Below, one piece after another: positions 17,096-31,300 of a DNA stretch of 64,000 bases. The DNA comes from the human T2T-CHM13v2.0 reference genome, Homo sapiens. The position numbers and the translations under genes are program-made. The notes under the pieces were generated by a model that searched no databases, had not been told where the DNA came from, and saw only the letters and a list, made by a program, of their open reading frames with translations. The stretch lies in NCBI RefSeq assembly GCF_009914755.1, contig NC_060933.1; one strand, 5' to 3'. Within the stretch, counting starts at the first letter, position 1. Each line of letters opens with the position of its first letter.

Positions 17096-17142
17096 GACAA
17101 AATGAAGACGACGACAAAATGAAGACGACGACAAAATGAAGA
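17096..17142 (+). repeat. 17-bp tandem repeat GACAAAATGAAGACGAC x2.8
   Basis: Perfect copies at 17096, 17113 and 17130 (partial). Confidence 0.95.
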
Positions 17143-17779
17143 TCTGGAACCACTCCTGTATCCACTGGAAGGATACTATATACACAAGTTAAGATAAGCA
17201 AGTGTGAGATTGGTGTTGAGATTGAAATAAGACTCAGGCATGACTACACTTAAGAAATACAAGACAATTACTGCCCTTAAATCTCACCTGCATGCAATGA
17301 TACCAAACAACCTCAGCCAGCATAAAATAGTGTTACATAATATGGTAGAGCCTAGAACTCTCAGGCAATAATAAATGATAGAGGACAGGGGTGACTTTTT
17401 GGACAAAGAAAATTGAAATTAAATCTAAAAGTACTAGTAACATTCAGACTGGTAGATTAGGGAAGAGGATTTATCCAGGCATAGAGTGAATATAATCAAA
17501 GTCACAGAGGTGGAAGACAGTAGGTGGGTATATCACTGGGGACCAACTAGTCTAATGGGAAATAAGATTCCCTAAGTAGGGTCAGTTCACAATGTGGCCA
17601 TTTCAATGACTAGGCAAGGCCTGGTATGTCATTTCATACTTTCAAATAGTGATTAAGTGGAATTCTAGGCAATTGCCAACTTCAAAGCTGAAAGATATCT
17701 GCGGCTGCATTAAAAATACGGTAGCACTAAAATATTATTTCTAGCTACCATGTGTTGAAGGCATGAATGTTTACATGAA

Positions 17780-18670
17780 CGTAAACCTATGTAGCAGCAC
17801 ACCACAAGTGTTCACAACATGACTTAGTCACTATTAACCACACTGACAGCTAAGAAAACTAAGGCTCAGAGAAGTTAAATGTAAATGAAGATTGGAATGG
17901 GAGTATGTCTATCTCAGAGCCCATACAATTCACAACACTACACCACTTTCTCTAATATTAGGGATGGCTTCAGTTTTGGATGAGATGATTATTAAATATT
18001 CTTTCCAGGTTTCTCATCTTTCTTATTTGTCCCCAGCACCTAAAGAAGGGCCTGGGTTCAGCAAATGTTAATGGATTAATTCTACGGTTTTTGAGCACCT
18101 CTCTTCTCAGACCTACTTCCCACACGGTGCTATCAAACTTGGGAGAGGGGAAGGTAAAAATTACTGTATACTGTGGTATATGCCAAGTTAGTGTATGAAT
18201 AGATAAATGCATGCATGTCATTAACACAATTTAGTAAAGTGTTTAAAACTGTGGTACTGGTTAAGAACATGGCTTTAGTGTTAGACTGTTTTGAATCCCA
18301 TTTCTAGCATTATTAGCTATATAGCCTTGTATAAGATTTAGTTTCTCAAAACTCCAGTTTACTCACCTATTAAATAAAAATTTTAATTAAACTTTTAAAA
18401 CAGCTACATCTCTAACCCTCTATGAAAAACTCAACTGCTTAAATTATAAGTAAAAGAACAGGATCCAGTTTATAGGATTTACCATGTGCCAAATGCATTT
18501 GAAAAAATTTTCCATGCGTCATTTCATGCTAAGTAAAATTTTCTTGTACTTTACAGGTAAAAAAAATGGAGGCTCTAAAAGGTTAAAATCTAAATCATGC
18601 TATTGGAAAATAGTAAAGCTAATATTTGAGTCTTCTTACTCTAGGTACAGTGGGATATTTACAATTGAAT
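17780..18670. mobile_element. Cluster of MIR/L2 fragments
   Basis: aagaaaactaaggctcagagaagttaa; tggttaagaacatggctttagtgttagac; ctttacaggtaaaaaaaatggaggctct. Confidence 0.55.
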
Positions 18671-19459
18671 ATAAATAATCAGTGAAAAACCAAACCAACC
18701 AGTTCACACACATAAGGCTATATGAAAAGCAACTACTAAAAAATTACTGCCTTGTGTGGAGTCAGCAAGAGTACCAGATAAACCCTCATATAAGTGGCAT
18801 TCTTGATTGGAATTTTTTTAAAAAAGAAGCGAAGAGCAATATAACTTTTATATCTGTATAGTCTTTTTTTTTTTTTGCACTTTATCATATATAGTTTTTA
18901 ATGTCCCCTGGTCTCTTGAACACAGATTCTTTGTTCTCAAATAAATGATTAGCTCTTGAAGGCCAGAACAATGTCTTACATTTCCTTCACTCCTACTTAG
19001 AAGTGACCTTAGGCATCATACTCATCAACCACTGGGATGGTTTATATAATGTCTTCTCTGGTGGTTTATATAATATCTAATATTTTGGTAATCCTTTTCA
19101 GGACCGAGATACTTATCTTTAGAAAATGGGACTATATTCTTTAGCTTACTCTGTATAAGCCCAAAACAATATTGTATGCTCTAGGCGGATGCTGGATAAA
19201 TGATTGTCAACAATGAGAAAGTAAAACTAATTAGTTTTTAAACTTTAATCATACCCTAACATTAATAACACTCAATTTTGCTTTTTTAAATAGAGCATAA
19301 AAGGAATTATTTCTCTAACATTTTACACCAGCATTTTATATCACTGTTAGCTCCAACTGATACATACACATATATGCATATATACGTGTATGTACATGTA
19401 TATGTGTGTTTTTAAATCATACTAATTTTCTTGACGCGTTGAAATATGTATCATTTCTG

Positions 19460-19890
19460 GTGGTACTGGACATCTTGTGTTTGCCCTTCCAGATTCATTT
19501 TTGACCCTTCTTTTCCTTGTTTTGTGCCCTTGTAAACTGACCACTATGGACTGCATCTATTTGCATCTTTGACCTCTGGCTTTTGTTGGGTTCAGCCAAT
19601 AGGAGATAACAGTAGGAGACTGAAAGGGTGGAGAGAGTGGCTGGGGTATTTCCTCCCTCAGCTCCTGCTAATTAGGCTTCTCTAAGCTGGTTTCTGTGTC
19701 CCTGTACAAAAGGCAACAGCCCCTGTCAGGTGGCCCTCCTCCACAGCTACTATTTCAGGTTCTGGGACTGCCTCCTTTCTTGTCTCTTTTAGTCTAAGAG
19801 TTCAAACTGCTTCCAGCTGGCACTACCCCTGAGGAGACTACCCCTTTTTTGCTTTTCCCTGCTTATAGTTTTGTAAGTTGTACATTTCCT
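19460..19890 (-). mobile_element. ERVL LTR (LTR33/LTR16-like)
   Basis: ctgaccactatggactgcatc...cctctggcttttgttgggttcagccaataggag...ggggtattt, typical of LTR33-like elements; strand uncertain. Confidence 0.55.
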
Positions 19891-20745
19891 AACATAAACA
19901 CATCAATCTTACCAAGCAGGTCTCAAACATGATTACACAAGCATCTGCCCATGAAACAAAAACAAAATGTGTTCCCAAAGTATTTTAAACCTTAGGCATA
20001 AGGCCAGTGTTTATTTCTATGATTGAGTCAATCCTTCACTAACACATAGTATATCCATCCTTAATTATGCACACAAAACACTAAAGGAATGATCCATTTT
20101 GCTAGTGCTTATAAGTTAGAGTTTTTTGAAACACACCAACAAGAAAAATTCATCAAAAGCTGTTACAAATGGAAGCATAACTTGAGTAGTAATTAGCTTT
20201 GACTATTCTTCCATTCCATGACGCTGTAATAAATCCTGTCTTTTGATACCATAAGAGTAAAACGTTATTAATATATCATATATTCTGGTGGCTAATTGAT
20301 GTTCATATACATCAGAAAACTTAAATAACTCTAGTTGTTTTCATATTTAGGGGCACTGCTCCTGGAGATAAATGTTGAAATGTAAAAGTAAATAAATTGA
20401 AAAAACCTGAATTCTTTTGGTTCCTTATTTCAGAAATGCTGCCAAAGGAGTTATTTTGAGTCAATAACCTCTTTGGTAGTACAAATATTTAAGAATGTTA
20501 CTTTCTCAAAAGCATTAGAACAAATGGAATCCCTTATTTTAACTATATGTTTTCCACAAAAAGTAAAGCATAATAGAAAAGATATTAATTTGGCAAAGAC
20601 TTTTCTTCTAAAATAACCCAATAGGCTTTTAAAACAAAATCTCATGAGCATACATTTCCCATTCACACGGCTGTCGTCATGGAGACCAATCTCTGGCACA
20701 TTTGATGGTGTAACCTATACATCTTTCTAGCCCGAAAATTCCGTT

Positions 20746-20759
20746 GTTGCCATGGAAAC
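20746..20759. promoter_or_regulatory. RFX X-box motif GTTGCCATGGAAAC
   Basis: 13/14 match to the palindromic consensus GTTGCCATGGCAAC, in non-repeat DNA with several nearby CpGs. Confidence 0.55.
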
Positions 20760-21609
20760 TGCCAGTCACTCACATTTCTATTCTTTGATGCTCCCATAGA
20801 TACCACTGAAATTTTAGCTATGGTTTTCCTAGCCTTTAGCAATCTTAGGATTTTTAGGCAATGCCAGAAAGAAAAGCATAACTCTTGTGCCTTGTACCTA
20901 AATGTAACAATTTATTTCAGTCATTAAATTCTGTAAGAACACCATATTAAGAATAATTTATTTTGACAGAATCCCAGGTGAGACTTTAGATTGTACAGGC
21001 ACTCTCCAGAGTCTAAAATAAAGAAAGATTACTTCTAATGTCATTTTTAAAAACAGCCATAAAAGGCATTCATTCTTCAGTTAATAAAAATCTTTTAATT
21101 AAAAGAGAAAAAAGTAATTTGTATAATGGACTCTGAAGTTTATCCCTTCTGGCAAAATATAACCAAGAAATTAGAAAATGTTGCATCTTCTGAGATACCT
21201 CAGTTGAGACAGTCACATGATATCCTCCTTTAGCGAATGAAAACACACTTATTACTAGATAAAGGAAAAAACAAAAATGCTAAAAGCTTTGAGTAGCACA
21301 AGGGGAGCCCAAAATCCCAATGTCAGAAGTTTGTTCTTGAAGTTTTGAAGAATGGTTCCAGAACATGAGAAGGTAGAATAACACCTCCATATTTGTCTCT
21401 TTTGTAGTCTCAAAATATCAATGTAGAAAACTAATTATTTCTGAAAAATATTTCTTTCTTTAATAACTATTTAGAAAAAAGAACACAATTTAAACGCATG
21501 TAAAATTTGGTACCCAGCATGATCTATATGCATAAATCTAAAACTAGCAACTCACAAGGTAAATTTAACTTATGGAACTTTTAAACTGGCTTGAGACATC
21601 TTTATTTGT

Positions 21610-21790
21610 ATTAGAGGGTTACATTTACAAATCAGGATTCCATACAAAGACCCAGATTTCTAACTTCTTATAAAATGCTGAAAAGATCTGAACACACTGA
21701 GTCTGTACTTCCAATATGGCTTATTTCCAGTTTTTCACAATCATGTTGCAACCAGACCACAACACTCATTCAAATTAAATGACTAGTCCT
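21610..21790. mobile_element. hAT-Charlie MITE fragment (MER102-like)
   Basis: cccagatttctaacttcttataaaatgctgaaaagatctgaacacactgag resembles MER102. Confidence 0.45.
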
Positions 21791-21806
21791 TATCTACAAT
21801 TTTTGA

Positions 21807-22180
<374 letters not shown>

Positions 22181-22345
22181 TGAGTCTTAGAAGATTTAGA
22201 CATAAAGTCAACAAGTAGTAGTAGCTGGTTGGACGTGGAAGTGGCAATGCAAAGAATAGAGTTAAGAATGAATCCAAGATTTCTAGCTCAGTCGACAGAA
22301 AGAGGCAGAAAAGTGGTGGGCTGTTCCTTAAAACAGTGAATACAA

Positions 22346-22689
<344 letters not shown>

Positions 22690-25238
22690 CTAATAAGAAT
22701 AAGCCTAGAAATCTTGGCTCTGAACTGTCTGTGCAATATCAAGGTACAGATGTATCTGGTAGTCAATTGGATATTGGAACTGTGTATATATAACTCATTT
22801 TCATTGATTTTCATGCTGCAATGGTAATCCCTAAATAATTATTACTATATGATATTATTCATTATATAACACTAAACCAGTTATTATATAGTTGGCCTGT
22901 AGCTTAAGCCATGGATAAGGGCTCAAAACATTAATTTATAGCAATAACTTTAATAAATATTCCAAAACCTGAGAATAGATTATAAAGTTTCTGAAGAAAA
23001 TGACAATCAGTGTTCCGTAAAAATCAATTTGATTCTTAGTTTACCATGTGTTTGGCTGACAGACATATACACAATACAAACATTTATCCTTTTCTAGTAA
23101 GTACATGTGATCTTCCATTGGCACTGAGAACATAAGCTAACAGTCAGAATTTTTGGAAATGATTTTCTCAGAGACAGCATTTGCTCAACTGATGGTTCTT
23201 ACACTTATTAGATAGTTATCTAACATATAAGAATAAGTTAGGTCAAATTTTTCAGGGAAAGAGACCGAGTATGAATAGATCAATGATCTATGAGGTTAGA
23301 AGGAATAAATTAGACTCGATTTTTGAAAATTTAGATTATCTAAAAGGGCAATGGTTTCCTAATTATGGATGGAAAGTAAGCCAGTTAAGAAGCTTCCTCA
23401 ACAGCCTCAGGAACCACTGCATTGAAGACCAAAGAACGCCAAAGAATTCATCAAACCTAGTTTCTGAATTCTAAATCCTCATGGTCAAACCAGATAATTG
23501 AGCATGATCTTTAATTTTATAGCAGCAAATCATCTGTGGGATCTCTCTCAGGGAAGGACCTAGTGTTTATAGAGCCACAGATGTTCAAAAGTGACAGAAT
23601 CCTAAATACCACATCTTAACTTATACCAACAGCCATTCTACTTTACATCTATAAACTGCCTATGAAGAGATTTCTTGAAGTATAATAAAATGGAAGACTT
23701 TGAATCTTCATGAAAAGGAATGTTAATGCCACAATTTCTGTAATTAAATATTTGTTGTTGGCAAAGTAGGAAGAAAAAGGAAAACTTCTTTTGAAACAGC
23801 AACATTATTTTATTACTTATTAAAATATGTATAATATTAAGTAATTTGAGAAGTGAAACAAGTCAGATATCGCATTCACAATGCCTAACATATAGTAAGC
23901 CCTCAGGAAAGGTTACCTCCATTATTAGTTAATTTTACTGCAATTTTATTAAAAATTTTAAACCAAAATACTATCTCTAGAGACAACCACTACTAACATC
24001 AAAATAAATATTCATCAAGACATGTACAGACACGGGCACACACAGATGCATACGTATATAACTTTTCTATTATGTTATAACATACTTTTCTACTCAATCA
24101 TATATTGTGCATATATTTCTACATCATCTACATTCTCCAATAACTCCTTAATTGCTATATAATATTCTTTGGGCAGCTCTGGTTCTAAGAAGATGAAGGG
24201 TTCTTTTCCTATCTTCAAAATAACCACAGTAATCAAAGACTTGTTAGTCAGGGATTTCTGTGCCACTGTCAGGAAGATCTTGGCAGCATCCATCTTACAT
24301 AGTTATACAACAAAAAGAGGAACGACCAGTTATATGATGAGCTAAGAGGAAAAAACTTTCCTTGAAGCTTGACTTTCATGTTTTTATGTTTACAATCTCA
24401 TACAGAAACATACATAGACACACAAAGTTTAGAAGAATAAAAAAAGTAAAATCGCTGTTTTTTTCAAGAAAAGTAAAATATCTGGTTATTTTCAATCACT
24501 TCTGTCTGACAGAGTCTAAGTAAGCGCCTGGGTGATGAGAAAGATTTAAAATAAAAATGTAAAAAGTGAGAAGAAAAATTTGCCACAAATCATTCCCCAC
24601 AAAACTTCTGAGACGGAGCCTTAGTGTACATGCGTGGAATTGGCTGTATTATTTCAGCCTCAATGTAAGATGCACAAAGGAAAGCCAATGACAGTATGAA
24701 AAACTTCCTTAAGAAAAATGTAAGTCATCAACACTGAAGCAGAATTAATCCATACTCCTCCCAGTCCTACCTATTTCAGCCTTGAGAATAGTTGACAGAG
24801 TACAGAGTATATTCGGGCCTACAGACACATTCACTAGCCTCTCAATTCTTTAACAGTTCTACATGTACCACCCAAGGGAGACTTTAGCTTCAGAGCAAAG
24901 TCACTTAAAACTCAACAACAACAAAAAAGAATTTTTTTCTTCAATTTCCCTAATGTGGCTTCAGTGCCCCAGGAGAGGAAATGCAGATTTGCCATCCAGA
25001 GCCCAGGGATCAACAGAGTCTACTGTTTTTCAGAGCATCAAAATGAGGTATCTGGGAACTTAAACTAATGTGAACAGGTTTGGCCACTTGCAAAGTATCA
25101 GATCCTGCCGTAAAAATTATAGCAAAACAACAGCTTCTTTGAGCACAAAAGGAGAAAATAACAAAATGTTACATGATAAAAAGAAGAGATGTCTTAACTC
25201 CAAACGAAATTCAAACAACCCATCCGGAAAACTTATTT

Positions 25239-26153
25239 AGAAGAAAATCTTCACCATCTATACATCTGACAAGGGACTAATATCCAGAATCTACAACGAA
25301 CTCAAAGCAGTAAGAAAAAAACAATCCCATCAAAAAGTGAGCTAAGAACATGAATAGACAATTCTCAAAAGAAGATAAACAAATGGCAAACAAACATGAA
25401 AAAATGCACAATATCACTAATGATCAGGGAAATGCAAGTCAAAACCACAATGTGATACCCCCTTAACTCCTGTATGAATGGCCATAATTAAAAAAAAAAA
25501 TCAAAAAACAGATGTTCGTGTGGATGCGGTGATCAGGGAACACTTCTACACTGCTGGTGAAAATGTAAACTAGTACAGCCACTATGGAAAACAGTGTGGA
25601 GATTCCCTAAAGAACTAAAAGTAGAACTACCATTTGATCCAGCAGTCCCCTCCTGGGTATCTACCCAGAGGAAAAGAAGTCAATATTCAAAAAAGATACT
25701 TGCACACGCAGGTTTATAGTAGCACAATTCACAACTGTAAAATCATGGGACCAACCCAAATGCCCATCAATCAACAAGTGGATAAATAAACTGTGGTGTA
25801 CATATATAAGATGGAATACTACTCAGCCATAAAAATGAATGAGTTAACAGCATTTGCAGTGACCTGGATGAGATTGGAGACTATTATTCTAAGTGAAGTA
25901 ACTCAGGAATGGAAAACCAAAGACCATATGTTCTCACTGATATGTGGGAGCTAAGCTATGAGGATGCAAAGGCATAAAAATGATACAAAGGATTCTGCGG
26001 AGTTGAGGGGAAGAGTAGGAATGGGGCAAGGGATAGAAGACTACAAATATGGTATAGTATATACCAAAAGCTTAAAAATCACCACTAAAAAACTTGCTCA
26101 TGTAGCCAAATACTACCTGTACCCCAATAACTTATGGAAAAATAAAATTAAAA
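25239..26153 (+). mobile_element. 5'-truncated L1PB (L1PB1-like)
   Basis: ORF2 C-terminus and 3'UTR (gcatttgcagtgacctggatgagattggagactatt...); TSD aaaacttattt 25228-25238 / 26154-26164. Confidence 0.85.
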
Positions 26154-26267
26154 AAAACTTATTTGGAAAATATTTCAGAACATTAGTGAAATACATACAT
26201 AGAAGCACACATGTGTGCACACTCATACACAGTTATCTACATTCTCCAGATATGACACATGAGTTAA

Positions 26268-26365
26268 ATAGATATCAGTAGATAGTTAGGTATGCAGAGA
26301 TAGATAAGATAGATGGATAGGTATCCATGGACATCCACAGATAGATAAATATGCACGGATAGATT
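26268..26365 (+). repeat. Degenerate (GATA)n repeat
   Basis: tagata/gatag units. Confidence 0.7.
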
Positions 26366-26849
26366 CATCTCACTGGCATATGGAAGAAAGCAGGAGGCAA
26401 AATTATTAGGAGTATATTTAAGAAAGAAGAGAAGTGGGTAAGGGACAAGTGGAATGAATTTACTATGTTTTTTATACACATAAAGGAAACTTAATGGTAA
26501 ATTCACTGTATCAACTAAAACTAACTTTCTCATCTGAGTCAGCAATTGAACTTGGCTCTTATACTCTGAATAACATTTGCATTTCTAATTCTCCAAATTT
26601 CAGCATTAGTTACTCGCAAATGTTTATATTCTGATCATTTTGAATACAGAGCTCATGTCACTGGTTTCACTAAAGGCAAGATTCTCCTTTCTACCAGTTT
26701 CATAAATAAGAATCTGTACTTCTTTTAGGTAGTTTATAGCTGGAAAATGAGTTTGAGACCAGCTAACAGACTCTTATTCCATCTTGGCTGTGCATGGGCC
26801 ACTCTTAGGTCTTTGTCTATAAATGTATGAATTAAAACTGTCAATCATT

Positions 26850-27540
26850 GATTCTCAAGTACTCATTAAACATTACAATACTATAGGCCAGATACTATGC
26901 TTGGTTCTGTAGTAACAACAACAAATGAAATCAGCATGGTCACTGTACTAGTAAAGGTGTACTAGCAAAGGTGCAGATATTAAACACTGAGCTCCACGAT
27001 TACTTTTCCATTGCAATTGTGATGAGTGCTGCAAAGAAGAAAGAAGTACAGGGTATGGAGAAATGGGCCCTAGTGAGTGTGGGGAAAATTATAGTTCAAG
27101 CAAAGATTAAGAGACTTGAAGTTGTCTGGGACAAAAAAAGCAACAATAGATGAATAGGTAAAGGTACTGAGACACAAAGTCAGAGATACTTATTATGTAG
27201 ATCCAAATGAATAAAACGTGAGTAGATAAGAAAGCAAATATTTTCCCGAGTCTTGATGATTACAAATTACTGTCATTTGTAACTAAGATTCTCCCTAAGA
27301 CCACCGCTGCCTGAACAAAAAAAGGAAAGGAAACTGAGTGTCTATTATGTACTAGGCATATCCTTGAAATCTTTTACATGTTCTCTTATTTGATCCTTCC
27401 AACAAGCTTGTGAGAAAGGTATCATTACCATTATTTCTATTTTACACAACAGGAAACAGAAGATAAAAAGATGAAGTGACTTGTTTCAGACCAGAATTAA
27501 AGTTCAAGTAACTGAGTCCATGATAATACTCAAGCAACTA
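26850..27540 (-). mobile_element. L2 and MIR fragments
   Basis: Reverse L2 tail (ctataggccagatactatgc...) and MIR (attttacacaacaggaaacagaag...aagtgacttg). Confidence 0.5.
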
Positions 27541-30500
27541 CAACTGTCTACTTCTCTTTCTTTCTATGAAAAAATCGCTGATAAAATATGACGTGATCTT
27601 GCCTAAGATGTTACCTTTCCTCAACAAAATAGTGATTTTTCTATTTTAAGTATAGATTAATGATATTTATTCTTCATATGCCCAGATTAAAATGACTTTT
27701 TAAACTCAATTTATAAATACAGTGGTCAAGCTCTATCAAATGTTATTGAAATGTTTCCATATGAAAGATGCTAAATAAACAAATATTTAGCTATAAAATT
27801 TTAAAAATCCATTTCGGGGAGTTTTATAAATTTGCAAGGTAAAAAATCGAATTTGACTATTACATCAAATGCTTTCAAATTGCTGATATTCAACCATTTG
27901 GACAAACAAAAGTAGTAATTCCTTATGGTTCAACCTAATGTTTTTTGCACTCATGCTGAATTTAAGTCATTCTTGTGGGCATGAAATACTTCTAGTTCTT
28001 TCAGCTGGCTGAAGAGATAAGGTATAATAGTTAAACATTTAAGCAGCTATTAAATCACTCAATTTAGAGGTATTTTAAGGCAATACATAATTTATAACTG
28101 AAAGGCATAAAACAGTATGATCAGAAGAGAAAGAAAATTTAAAGATAGAAGTTATTTCTATGGGCTACAGTGGCTTGGACAGTCTTTCTTAAAGAAAAAT
28201 TCAGTAGAATTTGAGTGAGCTCAAGGGATTTTAAATCCCTATGACAAGAGCCTGAGCAGAAACTAAAAAGAGAAAAGCCAATTTAGAAAATATGACAATG
28301 AAAATTAGGCAGACTGTGGTGAAATAGAGTGTGCTTGCCCCACATTTAGGCATTCAAATTTAATTTAAAAACAAACACTGCACCTACAAAGAAAACACAT
28401 TTTCAGATGTGAATTGGGACATCAGACTGGCAGTTTGAACTTTGGTTAGAGAGAAAAGTAAGAGCCCACTAGCAGAAAAGTAAAAGGAAAGGATAAAATG
28501 AAATCAAAGCATTGTCAGACAAGAAAGCCTAGGACAATGTGGGTAGGGAATGGAAGGAGACATGTCCAGAAAGATGGCTGTCCATTATCTGGAAAGCCCT
28601 CAGAGCCAGAGTAACAACTTCGAATTGGATAACTTGAAGTTCCCCAAATTTTGTTGGGGTATTTTTTGCCTTGGCTGGGTATTGGTTTTTTTCAGATTAT
28701 CCTCTCCATTTTCAAATATGCTGCCTCATTTCTCCTTGTGTCTACATCCTACTTTCTTTCAGATATGGCTTTAAAGTAGTATCTTCCCCTATGCCTCTCT
28801 ATCAGAAGGAATTATCACTCTCTTCTCTCAGATTTAGTAAAACTTTGTCTCTCAAGACTTACAGCACCTTCTATATAGCACTATAGTTAACTATGTGCAC
28901 CTCAGTTTTCCTGCTATACTGTGAGTTTCTTGGGAAGCTACATCAAAATCACATTTGTACCCTATACAGCATGGAGAATGGCATTTAAGATATTCTAGTT
29001 GAATAATTATTCAATTGAAAGCTCTTTCCCCTTTAGGAAATGGAGTAATCATCAAATGTTTTAGAGTACATGTATAATATAATCAAAGTAATGTTTTGGA
29101 ATGTTATTTGGTAGGAATATAGAACAATGTAGAAAGTAAACAAGAAATCTAAGTCATACTTATGGGCCTGGAGCAATAGGTATTAAAAGGAAGGAATGTA
29201 AGAAACGATTTGTTTTCTAGGAAGGACTGGATACCGTGTTTCTAATTGGACAGTGAGATAAAGATGTGGAAAATGTCTGGGCAGTTTTGAGTCTAAGGGG
29301 ATTGGAATAATTTCACAGTAAGAAAAGAGCCTGGTTCAGGCCAAGGGAGTCAGAGAAGTGAATTGACTTTCAGGCCTATTGAGGTTTCTATAGCAATAAA
29401 ACAGCCAAGGGAATGCATAGAACGGAAGTTTGAGAACAATCACCTCTTTCAAGGAATTTCTACAGATTTTGAATAGCACAGCATAGGGTGAAACATACTA
29501 TATGTTGAGAAAATATCTTTTTATTTTTGTGTCCCAGAACAGTACCTAGCCTAGGTTGAAAAGAATAAAATAGACAAGACAGTGATGGGGCAAGAAATGA
29601 AAAGGGAAATGCTGTAAGTGCTAATTAAGAGTGCTTGAAAGGGAGAATTTGGTAGAGCTTGAGGATGGAATACCAAACAGAAAGATGAAAACACCTGAAG
29701 GAAAAGTTAGAAATCACCAAGGAAAATCTTTGGATACTTTCCCATTGTGAACCAAGCCAGTCGTGTCTGCAAAGAGACTTGTCTCTAGGCTCTGAAGATG
29801 TGACTTCACAGTTCTGCCCAAGTTAATAACCTAGAGACTCTTCATACCCCTTCCAACCGCACACAGCCAATTTCATCAATAAAGACGTTCTGGTACAATG
29901 GCCTGGAATAAACAAACTCTAAAGATGGCCTCAGGGTACTGAACAGTTGGCAATAAGTATACCACACAGCACACTCAGATCATTAAGTTCCACTGAGACC
30001 AGCAAGTGACAGACATCTCAACGTCACAGTTAAATTCTTCTCCTGATTTTTCCCATATTTGAAAGAAAGTTTGTACTGAAAAATTGGAATTCATAGTCCG
30101 GGATTTATATTCCTTTAATGGATCCATAGATAGTCTTCAGGAGGTCTGGAGACCGCTTTACAATACAGAAAAAAAAATGTGTATTGTGTATGTACACACG
30201 TCTGAGAAGAGATCCACTGATTTCATTAGACCCTCAAAGACATGAGAGAAAGCAAGAGATTAGGAAACACTGCTAAAACACCAGAAAAATCAATGAAGCT
30301 TCCTCATCTGGGTTTATTTAACATGAGAAGTTTTACAGAACTGATAAATGAAGAATACAGTACAATTATTTGGCCATTTATAGTAAATATTCTATTATTG
30401 ATGCATCATAAATATTCTTATAAAGAGTTTAACGTGCAAGTAAAATACTTTCATAATTTTAAATTTAAAAAACAGGAAACTAAATTGTGTATATTGTATG

Positions 30501-31119
30501 ACTTCAACCACAGAAAACATAGTTTGAAAAAAATTCCTTGGTGAGGTAATTTTTAGTTTCTTTTTCCAAAATGTTTGGCATTCTTCACATTTTAAAAGAT
30601 AAAACATGTATTTGTTTACTATTATAATTACACATAATTTCTAAAGATACATGGAGACTACAAGCTTCCAAAACTAGTCCAAAGCTTGCTTCACTAAATA
30701 TGAAGGTCTTTTCCCTGCACAGGCATATAAGTCAGCCAAAAATGACCCATTCCCAGATTTTTCTTGAATTCACCAATTTCAGTAACTTATATTTTTTTGG
30801 TTGCTATGTTGCTCTCACACATCCCAGCCTTTTTGATGTATGATCTGCCTATGTCACACAATCTTTTCTCAGATCCACAGTAAAGTTTTCCCTGGTTGAC
30901 TACAAAACTCAGATTTAGGAATAATTTCAAGAGAAAAAAATCAACCTGTTTCTTAAAAGCATCCAAGTCTACATCTTCTCCTAAAATACGTTACAGTGTC
31001 AATATACAAACCTTCACCTCCTGTTACTTGGCATCATAAACTCTGTGCCTCAAAAGGCCAAAATTCAAACTGTCCACAGGAGGATGACATGTCCCAGACA
31101 TGGCTCCCAACCAAGGCAA

Positions 31120-31300
31120 GTACAACATCCAAGTGAGTGCTTTGGACCTATGCGGGGTGTTTTGATTGCCCCTGCAACTGGAAGTACCACTGTCATTTAG
31201 TACTCAAAAGCCAGGGATGCTAAACATCCCACAATGACCAGGCAATACCTCATGATGAGACATTGTGCTACCAAAATGCCAATAGCACCTCTGTTGATCA
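31120..31300. mobile_element. MER20-like hAT MITE
   Basis: actgtcatttagtactcaaaagccagggatgctaaacatcccacaatgaccagg...ccaaaatgccaatagcacc. Confidence 0.6.

Noticed and set aside
17096-17142. CRISPR-like array
   Set aside because: Directly adjacent tandem units without spacers, in eukaryotic DNA.
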